Of a stretch of 62,701 nucleotides of DNA, positions 27,259 to 35,908 are shown one piece after another; position 1 is the first letter of the stretch; each line of letters opens with the position of its first letter. The stretch is from an uncultured Verrucomicrobia subdivision 3 bacterium (lineage in GTDB: Bacteria > Verrucomicrobiota > Verrucomicrobiia > Limisphaerales > UBA11358). The notes under the pieces were generated by a model. That model was not told where the DNA came from. It did no database searches and was given only the letters and a program-made list of their open reading frames with translations. The translations under genes and the position numbers were made by a program. The stretch lies in the NCBI GenBank assembly GCA_903888765.1, contig CAISVF010000039.1, forward strand, positions 1 to 62,701, written 5' to 3'.

Positions 27259-29004
27259 CTAATCCACCTTCGCTTTAGCGGATGTTTTGCTTCCGGCACT
27301 CTTTTTGCCCGCACCTTTGGCTGGCATATCCTGCATCGCCAACTCGTGAAGTTCCTCAGCATGTTTGAGCCAGGCCTGCTCCATAGCTTTGACCCTATCC
27401 GGATAAACCTCCGCCAAGTCTGTAGTTTCAGAACGATCCTTGGTCAGATTATATAATTCCCATGGCTTTTTGTGATCGGCGACCAGCTTCCACCCACCAA
27501 TGCGGATGGCACGGTTACCGTCGTGATCAAACCAGAAAAAATCATGCTGCACGGTGTTGTCCCGGGCAAAAACCGGCACGAGGCTTTTGCCCGGCAGCGG
27601 TGGCACCGGCAATTCTGCCACGGTCTGCGGCTGTTTGCCGCCGGTGAGTTCCAAGAGGGTCGGCATCAGATCAATCAAATGGCCGGGGTTGTCTCGCAGT
27701 TCGCCATGCGCCCGGATCCCCGCGGGCCAATGGACGATCAGGGGCGTCGCATTGCCCCCTTCATGCTCCCACGATTTATAAAGCCGGAAAGGCGTATTAG
27801 CCGCGCTCGCCCACCCGGGTCCGATACCTAGATAACTATAGGCCGATCCGATCGGTGCCCGCGGGTCTTCCCCCAAGCCTCGGATGATTTGCTCAGCTGA
27901 GGCACCATTGTCCGACATAAAACAGATAATGGTATTGTCCCAAGCTCCCATTGCCTTCAGTTGGTCCAGCACACGGCCGATTTCCTTGTCCATGCGATGA
28001 ATCATGGCGGCATGCACCGACATCTTCGCCGACTGAAATTCTTTCTGTCCGGCGGTCAGGCTAGACCACGGCACGGCATGCCCGATCTCATTCAGGCCAA
28101 TTCTCTGTTGCAGTTCCGTTTCCGGAAGATTCCAGTGTGGTATCGTCACCGGATCGAGCTTGGATAAATCGCAATGAATCAGTCCAAGCTTTTTCATACG
28201 ATTAAAACGGCCCTGACGGATCGCATCCCATCCGGATTTATAAGTGTCCTGATAAACCGCAATATCCTCCGGCAGTGCCTGGATCGGAAAATGCGGGCTG
28301 TGGAAAGCGACGTATTCAAAGAACGGCTGGCTGGCATATTTGGCAGCGTGCTCCTTCAAATACTTGATGGCATAATCGGCAACGGCGATGGTGTTGTAAT
28401 AGCCCTCACCCACTTTGATCGTCGGCAATTTTTCGTCATCCTCGTTGGCTCCGACCTGCGTGAAATAGCCATCGTCATTCATCTCCAAATAGGAATGGTC
28501 AAAACCGTTATTCAACGGCTTTCCATCCACGTGCCATTTGCCCGAATGATACGAGCGATAGCCCAGCGGCTGCAGATACCTCGGCAGCAAGGCAGCCCAG
28601 CGTGGCCGCACGCCAGCCGCTCCGCCGCCCGTATTGGCACCGAAGTCGCCCGTAAAATTATCCCGCCGCACTGACTGGGCATAATAGCCGGTCAGGATGC
28701 ACGCCCGCGATGACCAGCACCGCGCAGTGTTGTAAAACTGGGTAAAGCGCAGGCCATTAGCCGCCAGGCGATCCAGATTTGGCGTCTGAATTTCGCTGCC
28801 GTAAGAACCGGCATCAGAGTAGCCCATGTCATCGGCGAGAATGATCAGGATATTGGGTCTGGCGGACTGATTTGGTTTGGCTGCGTCGGCGGCGTTGACC
28901 ATTTCAAAGCGAGCCAATAACAGGGAGAACAGTAGGATTTTTTTCACGAGGAGGATAGGGAATGGTTTATGGATAAATTTCGATCTCGCTAACCTGCGCC
29001 GCAT
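27259..29004 (-). CDS. Secreted arylsulfatase-family (S1) sulfatase
   Basis: PNILIILADDMGYSD, active-site stretch ARCWSSRACILTGYY, SGKWH, and FMSDNG. The start is uncertain because the ORF overlaps the upstream gene by 38 nt. A GTG at 28947 would give VKKILLFSLLL... Confidence 0.85.
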   Translation of the reverse strand: MRRRLARSKFIHKPFPILLVKKILLFSLLLARFEMVNAADAAKPNQSARPNILIILADDMGYSDAGSYGSEIQTPNLDRLAANGLRFTQFYNTARCWSSRACILTGYYAQSVRRDNFTGDFGANTGGGAAGVRPRWAALLPRYLQPLGYRSYHSGKWHVDGKPLNNGFDHSYLEMNDDGYFTQVGANEDDEKLPTIKVGEGYYNTIAVADYAIKYLKEHAAKYASQPFFEYVAFHSPHFPIQALPEDIAVYQDTYKSGWDAIRQGRFNRMKKLGLIHCDLSKLDPVTIPHWNLPETELQQRIGLNEIGHAVPWSSLTAGQKEFQSAKMSVHAAMIHRMDKEIGRVLDQLKAMGAWDNTIICFMSDNGASAEQIIRGLGEDPRAPIGSAYSYLGIGPGWASAANTPFRLYKSWEHEGGNATPLIVHWPAGIRAHGELRDNPGHLIDLMPTLLELTGGKQPQTVAELPVPPLPGKSLVPVFARDNTVQHDFFWFDHDGNRAIRIGGWKLVADHKKPWELYNLTKDRSETTDLAEVYPDRVKAMEQAWLKHAEELHELAMQDMPAKGAGKKSAGSKTSAKAKVD

Positions 29005-31276
29005 TTGGATAACGCGGATTGGCGGAATTGCGGATCACCAGCCGGAATAAATCGGTCACCACCGGCTGAATTTTCGCATGGTATACCTGCGATTCCTTGT
29101 TGTCAGGCACATGAATGACCTCGCGCTCCTGGCCGTTTATGCGCACGAAGCCCGTGAAACTGGTCGGATAACCAGCCGGGTCAGCGAAATGTATGACAAT
29201 GGTGGAAATTCTCGAGGCCTTGGCCAATTGAACCTCGATCCAATGGGGGTGCGGCTGCTCCACGGAGGAATGCCAACGATTCAAAAATTCCTCCGGCGTT
29301 GCGATCACGCCATCAATCGCTTTATCCGTGCACCCCGGTTCCCTGGCATACTCACCGTCTGAACGGGCGTGCGCTCCGTTGGCAGCCAGCGCCAAATCAG
29401 TCTGCGGGTTTTGCACATGCGGCCTCGGCCTGGGCGGATTCGTCCAACTCTGGCGATGCGATAAGGTAAGTACCTTAGATCCGGTTTCATACAGAGTTGC
29501 CCGGTCCAACGGCTGGGGTAGCCACGTGCGAAAAATGTTCTGCTCGCTGAAGGCGTTACCGGCGGAAGCATAATCACAAAACGTCAGTCCGGCCACGTCG
29601 AACGCCATCCATGCGCCGATCTGCGCCGCCGCTGCCGGGTTGGGCTTTAAATCGGGGGCTTTCCCCAGCGTCCACTGCCCAACATTGGCCGGCGTGAGCC
29701 GATTGTCCACGGACAAAACTACCGGGCCACGCTGGAGGGCGACCTGCCCATTGCATTCCGCCACCCTGGCACGCATATCAAAACGCATATCCACCCGGTC
29801 ACCCGAGTGCCACGTCCGGCGGATTTTGACATAACCGGAATGAACCCGCTGCACCCGACCATTCACCTTCAGCTCGGTTTGCTCACTCCAGGCCGGCACG
29901 CGCAATGACAAGGTAAACTCGCTGGATTTATCCGGCGTCACGATAATTTGAACCTGGTCGTTTATGGGATAATCCCCGGTAATTTCCAGCTTCACCGCAC
30001 CAATCCGAGCCGTGGCTGGCGCATAGAGATTCACCACCGGGCCGTCAGCATTTTGCATGAATACCCAGAACGGCGTCAGCATCAGGGCACGCGGACCGTT
30101 CGCCACACAGCAACTCAAGGGCACATCGCACTGGGTGGCACTCGGCACCCGAAAACCCATCAAGCCGCCAAAGTAGGCCCACCATCGTCCATCCGGCATC
30201 ATCCCGCTCAGGAGTCCGTTGTAGAGATTTTTTTCCAGTTCATCGGCGTAACGCGCGTCCCCCGTCAAGCGCAGGAGTTGATTACAGAGTTTCATCCAAG
30301 TCACTGTTACACAGGTTTCCATCGGTTTGTCCACCAGGCCGGTTTGGCGCTTCGCTCCACCAAACCAAACTTCCTTGCTCGTGCCGACTCCAACCAGGGT
30401 TGCTTCCTCGCGCAAAATGCTCTCAGCAAGCTTCACGCACGCGTCAAGATAGTCGTGCAGGCCGGTCACGCGGTAAAGTTCGCACAACCCCTCGAAGCAC
30501 GACATCATTTCGTAAGCTTTCGGCGCACACATCTGCGTCGGTGCTTTACCGGCCAACGCATCTTCCACCAGTCGCATGCCCGCCGGCACGCGTTTCGACG
30601 GCATCTCCCAGCAGGCTACGATATGTTCCGCGAAATCCCGGTACTTTTTCTCACCCGTTCGATCATAAAGCAACACCACCGGTTCCAACACCGACGAAGC
30701 CGCCAGTCCGTTATGTTCGCCGACATCGGCGATGCTGGTACGGCCCGGGCCGAGTTCTGCAATCAGAACATCCGCGTGCCGGCGTGCCGCGTTCAGCACC
30801 TTGACATCATGGGTCTGGTCGTAGTCCGCAATCAGTCCGAGCAAAACATATTTGCATCCCCAGACATCCCAGCCTTGTAACCGATTAGCCGGCACATGTG
30901 TGCCAATATAACCATCGGGGACCGCCGTCGCCAACAACGCTTGCACCACCTGGTCACGCATGGCCCGCGTGGCCGGCGTGGAGTGATAGGCATCGGCCAG
31001 AGTCAGCGACGTGAACCACTTTCCCCAAAACTCACTGTCCCACCCTCTAGTTTCGATCTTCGCCCGGAAAGGAGCGATGAGATCCTCGGTATCCTGCGCC
31101 AGAATGCGGTTGGTGATGCAGCAGTCCAGCTTCCCCCCCAGACGTCCGCTGAAATGCACCGATTCCGGACGAGCGGGCGTTAACACATCCTTCGCCAAAA
31201 ACTCCGCAGCCGACACACTCAAGGAGATCCAGAACAGGCAAGCGGGAAAATATATATTCATCAGGTTTCTTAACAT
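28967..31276 (-). CDS. GH127/GH146-like (DUF1680) glycoside hydrolase with a C-terminal discoidin (F5/8 type C)-like domain
   Basis: Signal peptide, then ETCVTVTWMKLCNQLLRLTGDARYADELEKNLYNGLL and SCCVANGPRAL, which match the beta-L-arabinofuranosidase family pattern. The C-terminal ~150 aa (..INRWHSS...HWIEVQL...NAAQVSEIEIY) look like a discoidin-type CBM. Confidence 0.72.
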   Translation of the reverse strand: MLRNLMNIYFPACLFWISLSVSAAEFLAKDVLTPARPESVHFSGRLGGKLDCCITNRILAQDTEDLIAPFRAKIETRGWDSEFWGKWFTSLTLADAYHSTPATRAMRDQVVQALLATAVPDGYIGTHVPANRLQGWDVWGCKYVLLGLIADYDQTHDVKVLNAARRHADVLIAELGPGRTSIADVGEHNGLAASSVLEPVVLLYDRTGEKKYRDFAEHIVACWEMPSKRVPAGMRLVEDALAGKAPTQMCAPKAYEMMSCFEGLCELYRVTGLHDYLDACVKLAESILREEATLVGVGTSKEVWFGGAKRQTGLVDKPMETCVTVTWMKLCNQLLRLTGDARYADELEKNLYNGLLSGMMPDGRWWAYFGGLMGFRVPSATQCDVPLSCCVANGPRALMLTPFWVFMQNADGPVVNLYAPATARIGAVKLEITGDYPINDQVQIIVTPDKSSEFTLSLRVPAWSEQTELKVNGRVQRVHSGYVKIRRTWHSGDRVDMRFDMRARVAECNGQVALQRGPVVLSVDNRLTPANVGQWTLGKAPDLKPNPAAAAQIGAWMAFDVAGLTFCDYASAGNAFSEQNIFRTWLPQPLDRATLYETGSKVLTLSHRQSWTNPPRPRPHVQNPQTDLALAANGAHARSDGEYAREPGCTDKAIDGVIATPEEFLNRWHSSVEQPHPHWIEVQLAKASRISTIVIHFADPAGYPTSFTGFVRINGQEREVIHVPDNKESQVYHAKIQPVVTDLFRLVIRNSANPRYPNAAQVSEIEIYP

Positions 31277-31286
31277 GGCGTTTGTG

Positions 31287-31309
31287 CTTGGTTATCAAAT
31301 AACCAAGCA
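31287..31309. promoter_or_regulatory. Perfect 10-3-10 palindrome gcttggttat-caa-ataaccaagc, 11 nt upstream of the GH127-like start codon
   Basis: Read directly from the sequence. Its position suggests an operator or a 5'UTR hairpin. Confidence 0.3.
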
Positions 31310-31693
31310 ACTGGCGAGAATTTTAAAAATGCCATTGCGGCCCAAGAACCAGGGTGGTTTGAACTTGCTTAGCCATCAGCGGTCAACGCCATATTGGATC
31401 CAGCCATGCTACCTGCCGTTCCCAAAAAGTGTTTCTACCGCCAGCCCTCTGCGGCAAGGCCAATCGCTAAATGGAACTTTTTACTCGGCGAAAAAGTATA
31501 TAAAAATTTAACCCAGAACCAGATCCAGTCAGTCGGTGCCAAGTCAGCCATTCCCCGAATTGGACTTTGTTTGCAGGTAAGCGACTGCGCTGACCGACCA
31601 GATAACAAGTTCGGAACTATTGCCGCGCGCCAGAATAAAACTCAAAAAACATCAACGGGTTTCTCGAATTTAGGATCCCGCTTTGCCAACTAC

Positions 31694-34261
31694 TTAGGGG
31701 GTCTGTTGGACGCGGTAGAACTTGTACCCATTACTTCCCGACGAATCAAATAAACGGTTGGTCGTCCCGTCACCGACAATCGGATTAGCCAGATTCGTCC
31801 AGGTCATAGCGCGCGTCAAATTAGTGGCCATTTGAACGGTGTAATTACTGTTAAGAATCGTGGGCCAGACAATGGCCACGCCGTGCTCCACCAAAGCCGG
31901 AACGAGATTCGTCACCAGGTTCACAGACTTGATGGACGCCAGGTTTTGGGTGGTCAGAGTGCCGGGCGCCAGAGTCATGCTGCCGATGGCGACGTTGTTG
32001 CTATAAATGGTCGCAACCTGAGGGGTGTTCAGCGGGTTAAAAGCAACCAGGGTACGCTGCGCAGTGTTGGTGTTGTAATAAACTGCGCTGGTGGGCACGC
32101 TCAGGTGGAATTGCCATTGAATCGAGCCCAGATTCCGGTAGGCGTGAGCGAAGTAGTAAGTCGAACCCGCGTACATCGGATCGGTTGCGACTGCATCGTT
32201 GCTGGCATACAACTGGTCCATCTGCGCGGCTACATAGTCAGGATTGAACTGGAGCGCATACCACAGCGCATAATTGCCCCATTGCGAGCCCATCGAACTG
32301 ATGGAATTAGAACCCACCACAGCCAACTGTTCGGCGAGCATGTTGTTGAACTGATTCTGCGCAAAAACCGGATTTTGCGCGAGATAGCTCAGCCCCGGGG
32401 ATATGGGCAACCACTGAATTCCGTGAATATAAATCGGATTAAGGCCGAAGTAGGTTTGAAAATCCTGGCCATTATCCCAGAGGATGCCAACGCAGGAACG
32501 ATTGTAAACTGGCGGCCAGACATCGGCGTGCTCGTTAAACCAGTATTCCCGCACGGCCGCCGATTCCATTACATAACCCATCGCGCCGGCAGCCCGCATC
32601 TGGTCATCCCCCAGCGCGGCTCCCAGCAAAAAGAGGCCCACCCAGGAGTTCATGGCTTCGCTGCTCGATTCCTGATTGCCGCCCCGGTTGGAGTCGGGGT
32701 AGCCGCTCGCTTGGGAATGCCCTGCCCAAATGTCGAACGTCCGGAAAAATGCGAAGTTTGTGTCGCTGCGATCCCAGTTTGCGTAATCCTTCGCCACCAG
32801 TTTGGCCATTGCCCCATAATTGTTCAGGAAATTGGTGTCATACAAACCCAGCAGCGCGGCGGCATGGGTGATATAGCCGTAGTGGAAATGCTGGTCATTG
32901 AATTGTTGTGAGCCATAGCTGGCCTGGAAACCAACGAGCGCCTTCCAGGCCGGATAAGCGGCAAAATAGTAAGTTGATTCGCCGGGTGTGTAGGTGTACC
33001 AATTCTGGAGCCCCGCCTTGAGCGTGTCATGCAACGTGGTGAACTCAGGCCTACCCATGTCATGAGCCATCGCCATGTGCTGGGCGTAGCGTAGCAGGTC
33101 CTTGCCCCCCCAGTAGGTGTCGGGAGCAATGGTGGTATTGGCCGCCACGCTGGTGAGATACGCATTCATGCGCGCCAGGACATAATCATTCGACCGGCCA
33201 GTCGGTGCCGGCGGGGGCAAGGTGGGAGGAAAGCCGGTGAACGGGTAAACGAATTGAAAGTCCGCTCCGGTGGCGCATTTCATGGGACCGCGCGCAGTGG
33301 AATAATTCATTCCGTTGAACAACAGATTATTAGTCGTGCTGCGCCAATGATGCGCCAGCCAGCCCTGAATGACGCGCGGCTCGGAGCCTTTCAATATTTG
33401 GGTCGCCAGATGCCAACTCGTGGTCACCGCGCCCGCCGCGGGATCGTAGGTCCAGTTCATCTGGCTGTCTCGCGGAACGGCGTAGGCGTATTGCGCAAAA
33501 TAGGCAAGATTGGACTTGGCGGGCAGAGCACTCACGACGAGGAACGCATTTGTGTTGGCAAAGATTACATTTACCACCCCGTTGCTCAGGGTAAACTGGG
33601 TTCCATCCGGGGCAAACACGCCCCAAAAGCGACCGGAACCGTAGGCTACACCGAAATGGTTGCCCGTGAGCGGAAATGACGCGATGCTCCCGCTGTCGTC
33701 AAAGAATGTGGCCCCCCCGGAAGGAAACGCGATTTGCGGCTGCACGCCGGTGAATTCAACCCACACCGAAGGCAATCCGTGACCGATCGTCACATCCATG
33801 AACTGGTTGACCGTCTGCTGCATGCGCAATGAAACCGTCCAATCGCCCCAATGCAATGCACGCGCATCCGCCGGCGCAAACTGCGTGCCGTGAATTGTGA
33901 TGGGACTATCCAATGGCATTTGCGGAGTGGTTCCGGAGGGCACCCAACTATTTGGATTGTAGAGGTTGATGCCTTGGGCATCCGCAGAAATGGTCAACGG
34001 CTGGGCCCACATATTGCCGGCGTATTGGCTGTTGATCAGGTCGGTCCACCATTTATTACTCGGCATCGGCGCCCCATTGTTCGCAATCACGTAAGTGGGC
34101 GGCGTCGTCGGCAGGGATCCTGCGTTGGCCTGAGACGGGGGATACGACGCATACGAACCGGCGCCGACGGGGACAACCAATTGAGCGGAAGCCCATTTCA
34201 CCCCAAGCGCTACGGCCAGAATACAGACAAGAATTTTCATAATTTTATTTCTTTCGATCAT
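31694..34261 (-). CDS. GH81 endo-beta-1,3-glucanase with a C-terminal FYRV-type tail domain
   Basis: GH81 signatures FNDQHFHYGYITHAAA and FRTFDIWAGHSQASG...GGNQESSSEAMNSW. A signal peptide is present. The ATG overlaps the upstream stop (ATGA); an alternative ATG is at 34240. Confidence 0.85.
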   Translation of the reverse strand: MIERNKIMKILVCILAVALGVKWASAQLVVPVGAGSYASYPPSQANAGSLPTTPPTYVIANNGAPMPSNKWWTDLINSQYAGNMWAQPLTISADAQGINLYNPNSWVPSGTTPQMPLDSPITIHGTQFAPADARALHWGDWTVSLRMQQTVNQFMDVTIGHGLPSVWVEFTGVQPQIAFPSGGATFFDDSGSIASFPLTGNHFGVAYGSGRFWGVFAPDGTQFTLSNGVVNVIFANTNAFLVVSALPAKSNLAYFAQYAYAVPRDSQMNWTYDPAAGAVTTSWHLATQILKGSEPRVIQGWLAHHWRSTTNNLLFNGMNYSTARGPMKCATGADFQFVYPFTGFPPTLPPPAPTGRSNDYVLARMNAYLTSVAANTTIAPDTYWGGKDLLRYAQHMAMAHDMGRPEFTTLHDTLKAGLQNWYTYTPGESTYYFAAYPAWKALVGFQASYGSQQFNDQHFHYGYITHAAALLGLYDTNFLNNYGAMAKLVAKDYANWDRSDTNFAFFRTFDIWAGHSQASGYPDSNRGGNQESSSEAMNSWVGLFLLGAALGDDQMRAAGAMGYVMESAAVREYWFNEHADVWPPVYNRSCVGILWDNGQDFQTYFGLNPIYIHGIQWLPISPGLSYLAQNPVFAQNQFNNMLAEQLAVVGSNSISSMGSQWGNYALWYALQFNPDYVAAQMDQLYASNDAVATDPMYAGSTYYFAHAYRNLGSIQWQFHLSVPTSAVYYNTNTAQRTLVAFNPLNTPQVATIYSNNVAIGSMTLAPGTLTTQNLASIKSVNLVTNLVPALVEHGVAIVWPTILNSNYTVQMATNLTRAMTWTNLANPIVGDGTTNRLFDSSGSNGYKFYRVQQTP

Positions 34262-35808
34262 TGGATCGACAGAACGTGAAAGAAGTTATGTGGCGGGCCA
34301 ACGGGATCGAACACCGAATTGGTGCTACCGTTGCCGGTGATGGCACTGCCCAAGTTGTTCCAAACAGTGTTGGTGGCGAGCAGTGCGCGGGACCATTGGA
34401 CCTGATAGGTGACGCTGTTGCTGGCAAACCAAGTAATGGCTACACCCGGCACAACGGAAATCTGAAATGGTATGGGACCGACGGGAGTGGCGGTCACAGG
34501 CGAACTGTCGGGGCTGGTGCCTCCCGTGCCCGTCGCCGATACCACGTAGTAGTAGGTCGTGCGGTTGTTAAGTCCGCTGGCATCGGCGTATGTCACTGTG
34601 GGAGCGGTGGTAGTGCCAACGATGCTGAAAGGTCCGCCGGAAACGGTTGACCGTTTCACGTTGTAGCTGGTCGCAAAGGAACTGGCGGTCCAGTTCAATG
34701 CCACTTGCGCGTTGCCGGCGCTTGCCGCCAAACCGGTGGGCGCGGCCGGTGCCCCGAGGGTGGGCGCGGCAGACATCGGCAAACTGTTGGTGCTCTCGCC
34801 AGCCCCATTTATCGCCGATACCACATAATAGAAGATCTGGCCGCCGAGGACGAAATCATTGTAGTTCACTAGCGGAACGGTGGTGGTGCCGATGTTGGTG
34901 TAAGCACCGCCGGAAACGGTGGACCGCTTCACATTGTAACCAGCCGGGCTGCCGTTGGCGGCTGTCCAACTCAAGGAAACCAGGTTTGTCCCGGGCGTGG
35001 CATTCAGTCCGGTGGGAGCGTTCGGTGGCACGCTGACATAGCCCACAATATCACCATAGGAGTCACCGACGCGAATCTCATCTACCAGGATGCTCCCGGC
35101 ACCTTGCACATTCAGCCCCACTCCAGTAATAGTTCCGACATCGAAGGCAACATACGACCCGGCAGCGGTCACCCCGGGCGTGGCTTGATTGACCACTGGG
35201 TTCAAATAAACCGTGACCGTATCGTTGTTGCCCGAGGTGTTGAATTGAATTTGCATCACAACCAGATAAGTAGCGCCATAGGTTCCAAGGCCCAATTGAG
35301 CGAGGCTGGAGGCTCCGAGAGCAGCGGTGCCAACCGTGTTCATGGCGCCAATACCCAACTGTCCTTGAGTGGGAGAGTTGGGACTCAACCCGAAGCCAAA
35401 CCACAAGCCCGTGCCACCGTTAGGAAAATAAACACCGTTAATATTTGCTCCGGGATCAGCGGCGCTGGTCTTGAATAGAAAGCTGATCCACTTCGTTCCC
35501 GTCGAGAGCGGGCTTGCGAAGTTCACCAATTGCCTTCCACTGCCGGAACTTAAAGCGTTGTTGGCCACCGGAAGCCCGGTGTAAGTCAGCCCGGTGATAA
35601 TCGCAGGAGTTGTCCCGCACGTCCATTTTCCAGTAAATCCCATGGCGGTGCTGGTTGTGGCATTGGGAATCGACGTGGTGTAATTAAACGGCTCGTATGC
35701 ATTTAAGCTGGCATGCCCCATGTTCGGCAAGTAGGCAAAAGTGACTACCATCATCGCTAAGGTAAAATATACCCCAACGCAGTTCAGGCAGGCATGGTTC
35801 TTTGACAT
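34258..35808 (-). CDS. Secreted modular protein: unassigned ~225-aa module, two FN3 domains and an FFHV-type tail domain
   Basis: The N-terminal hydrophobic signal is followed by NAYEPFNY...GLTYTGLP...DEIRVGDSYGDIVG (nt 35041..35703). Two FN3 repeats follow (PTGL.A..G...V.L.W......YNVKRST.SGG...). The tail is VAITWFASNSVTYQVQWS...WNNLG...NFFHVLSIQ. Confidence 0.7.
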   Translation of the reverse strand: MSKNHACLNCVGVYFTLAMMVVTFAYLPNMGHASLNAYEPFNYTTSIPNATTSTAMGFTGKWTCGTTPAIITGLTYTGLPVANNALSSGSGRQLVNFASPLSTGTKWISFLFKTSAADPGANINGVYFPNGGTGLWFGFGLSPNSPTQGQLGIGAMNTVGTAALGASSLAQLGLGTYGATYLVVMQIQFNTSGNNDTVTVYLNPVVNQATPGVTAAGSYVAFDVGTITGVGLNVQGAGSILVDEIRVGDSYGDIVGYVSVPPNAPTGLNATPGTNLVSLSWTAANGSPAGYNVKRSTVSGGAYTNIGTTTVPLVNYNDFVLGGQIFYYVVSAINGAGESTNSLPMSAAPTLGAPAAPTGLAASAGNAQVALNWTASSFATSYNVKRSTVSGGPFSIVGTTTAPTVTYADASGLNNRTTYYYVVSATGTGGTSPDSSPVTATPVGPIPFQISVVPGVAITWFASNSVTYQVQWSRALLATNTVWNNLGSAITGNGSTNSVFDPVGPPHNFFHVLSIQ

Positions 35809-35908
35809 GGATATTTGCGGTCTATGGAGCCGGAAAAATCAAAATGATGAGCCGCCCCATCCAGCAGCGGGTCACGATTTTCATACTATGGCAATGTTTC
35901 CAGCTTTA

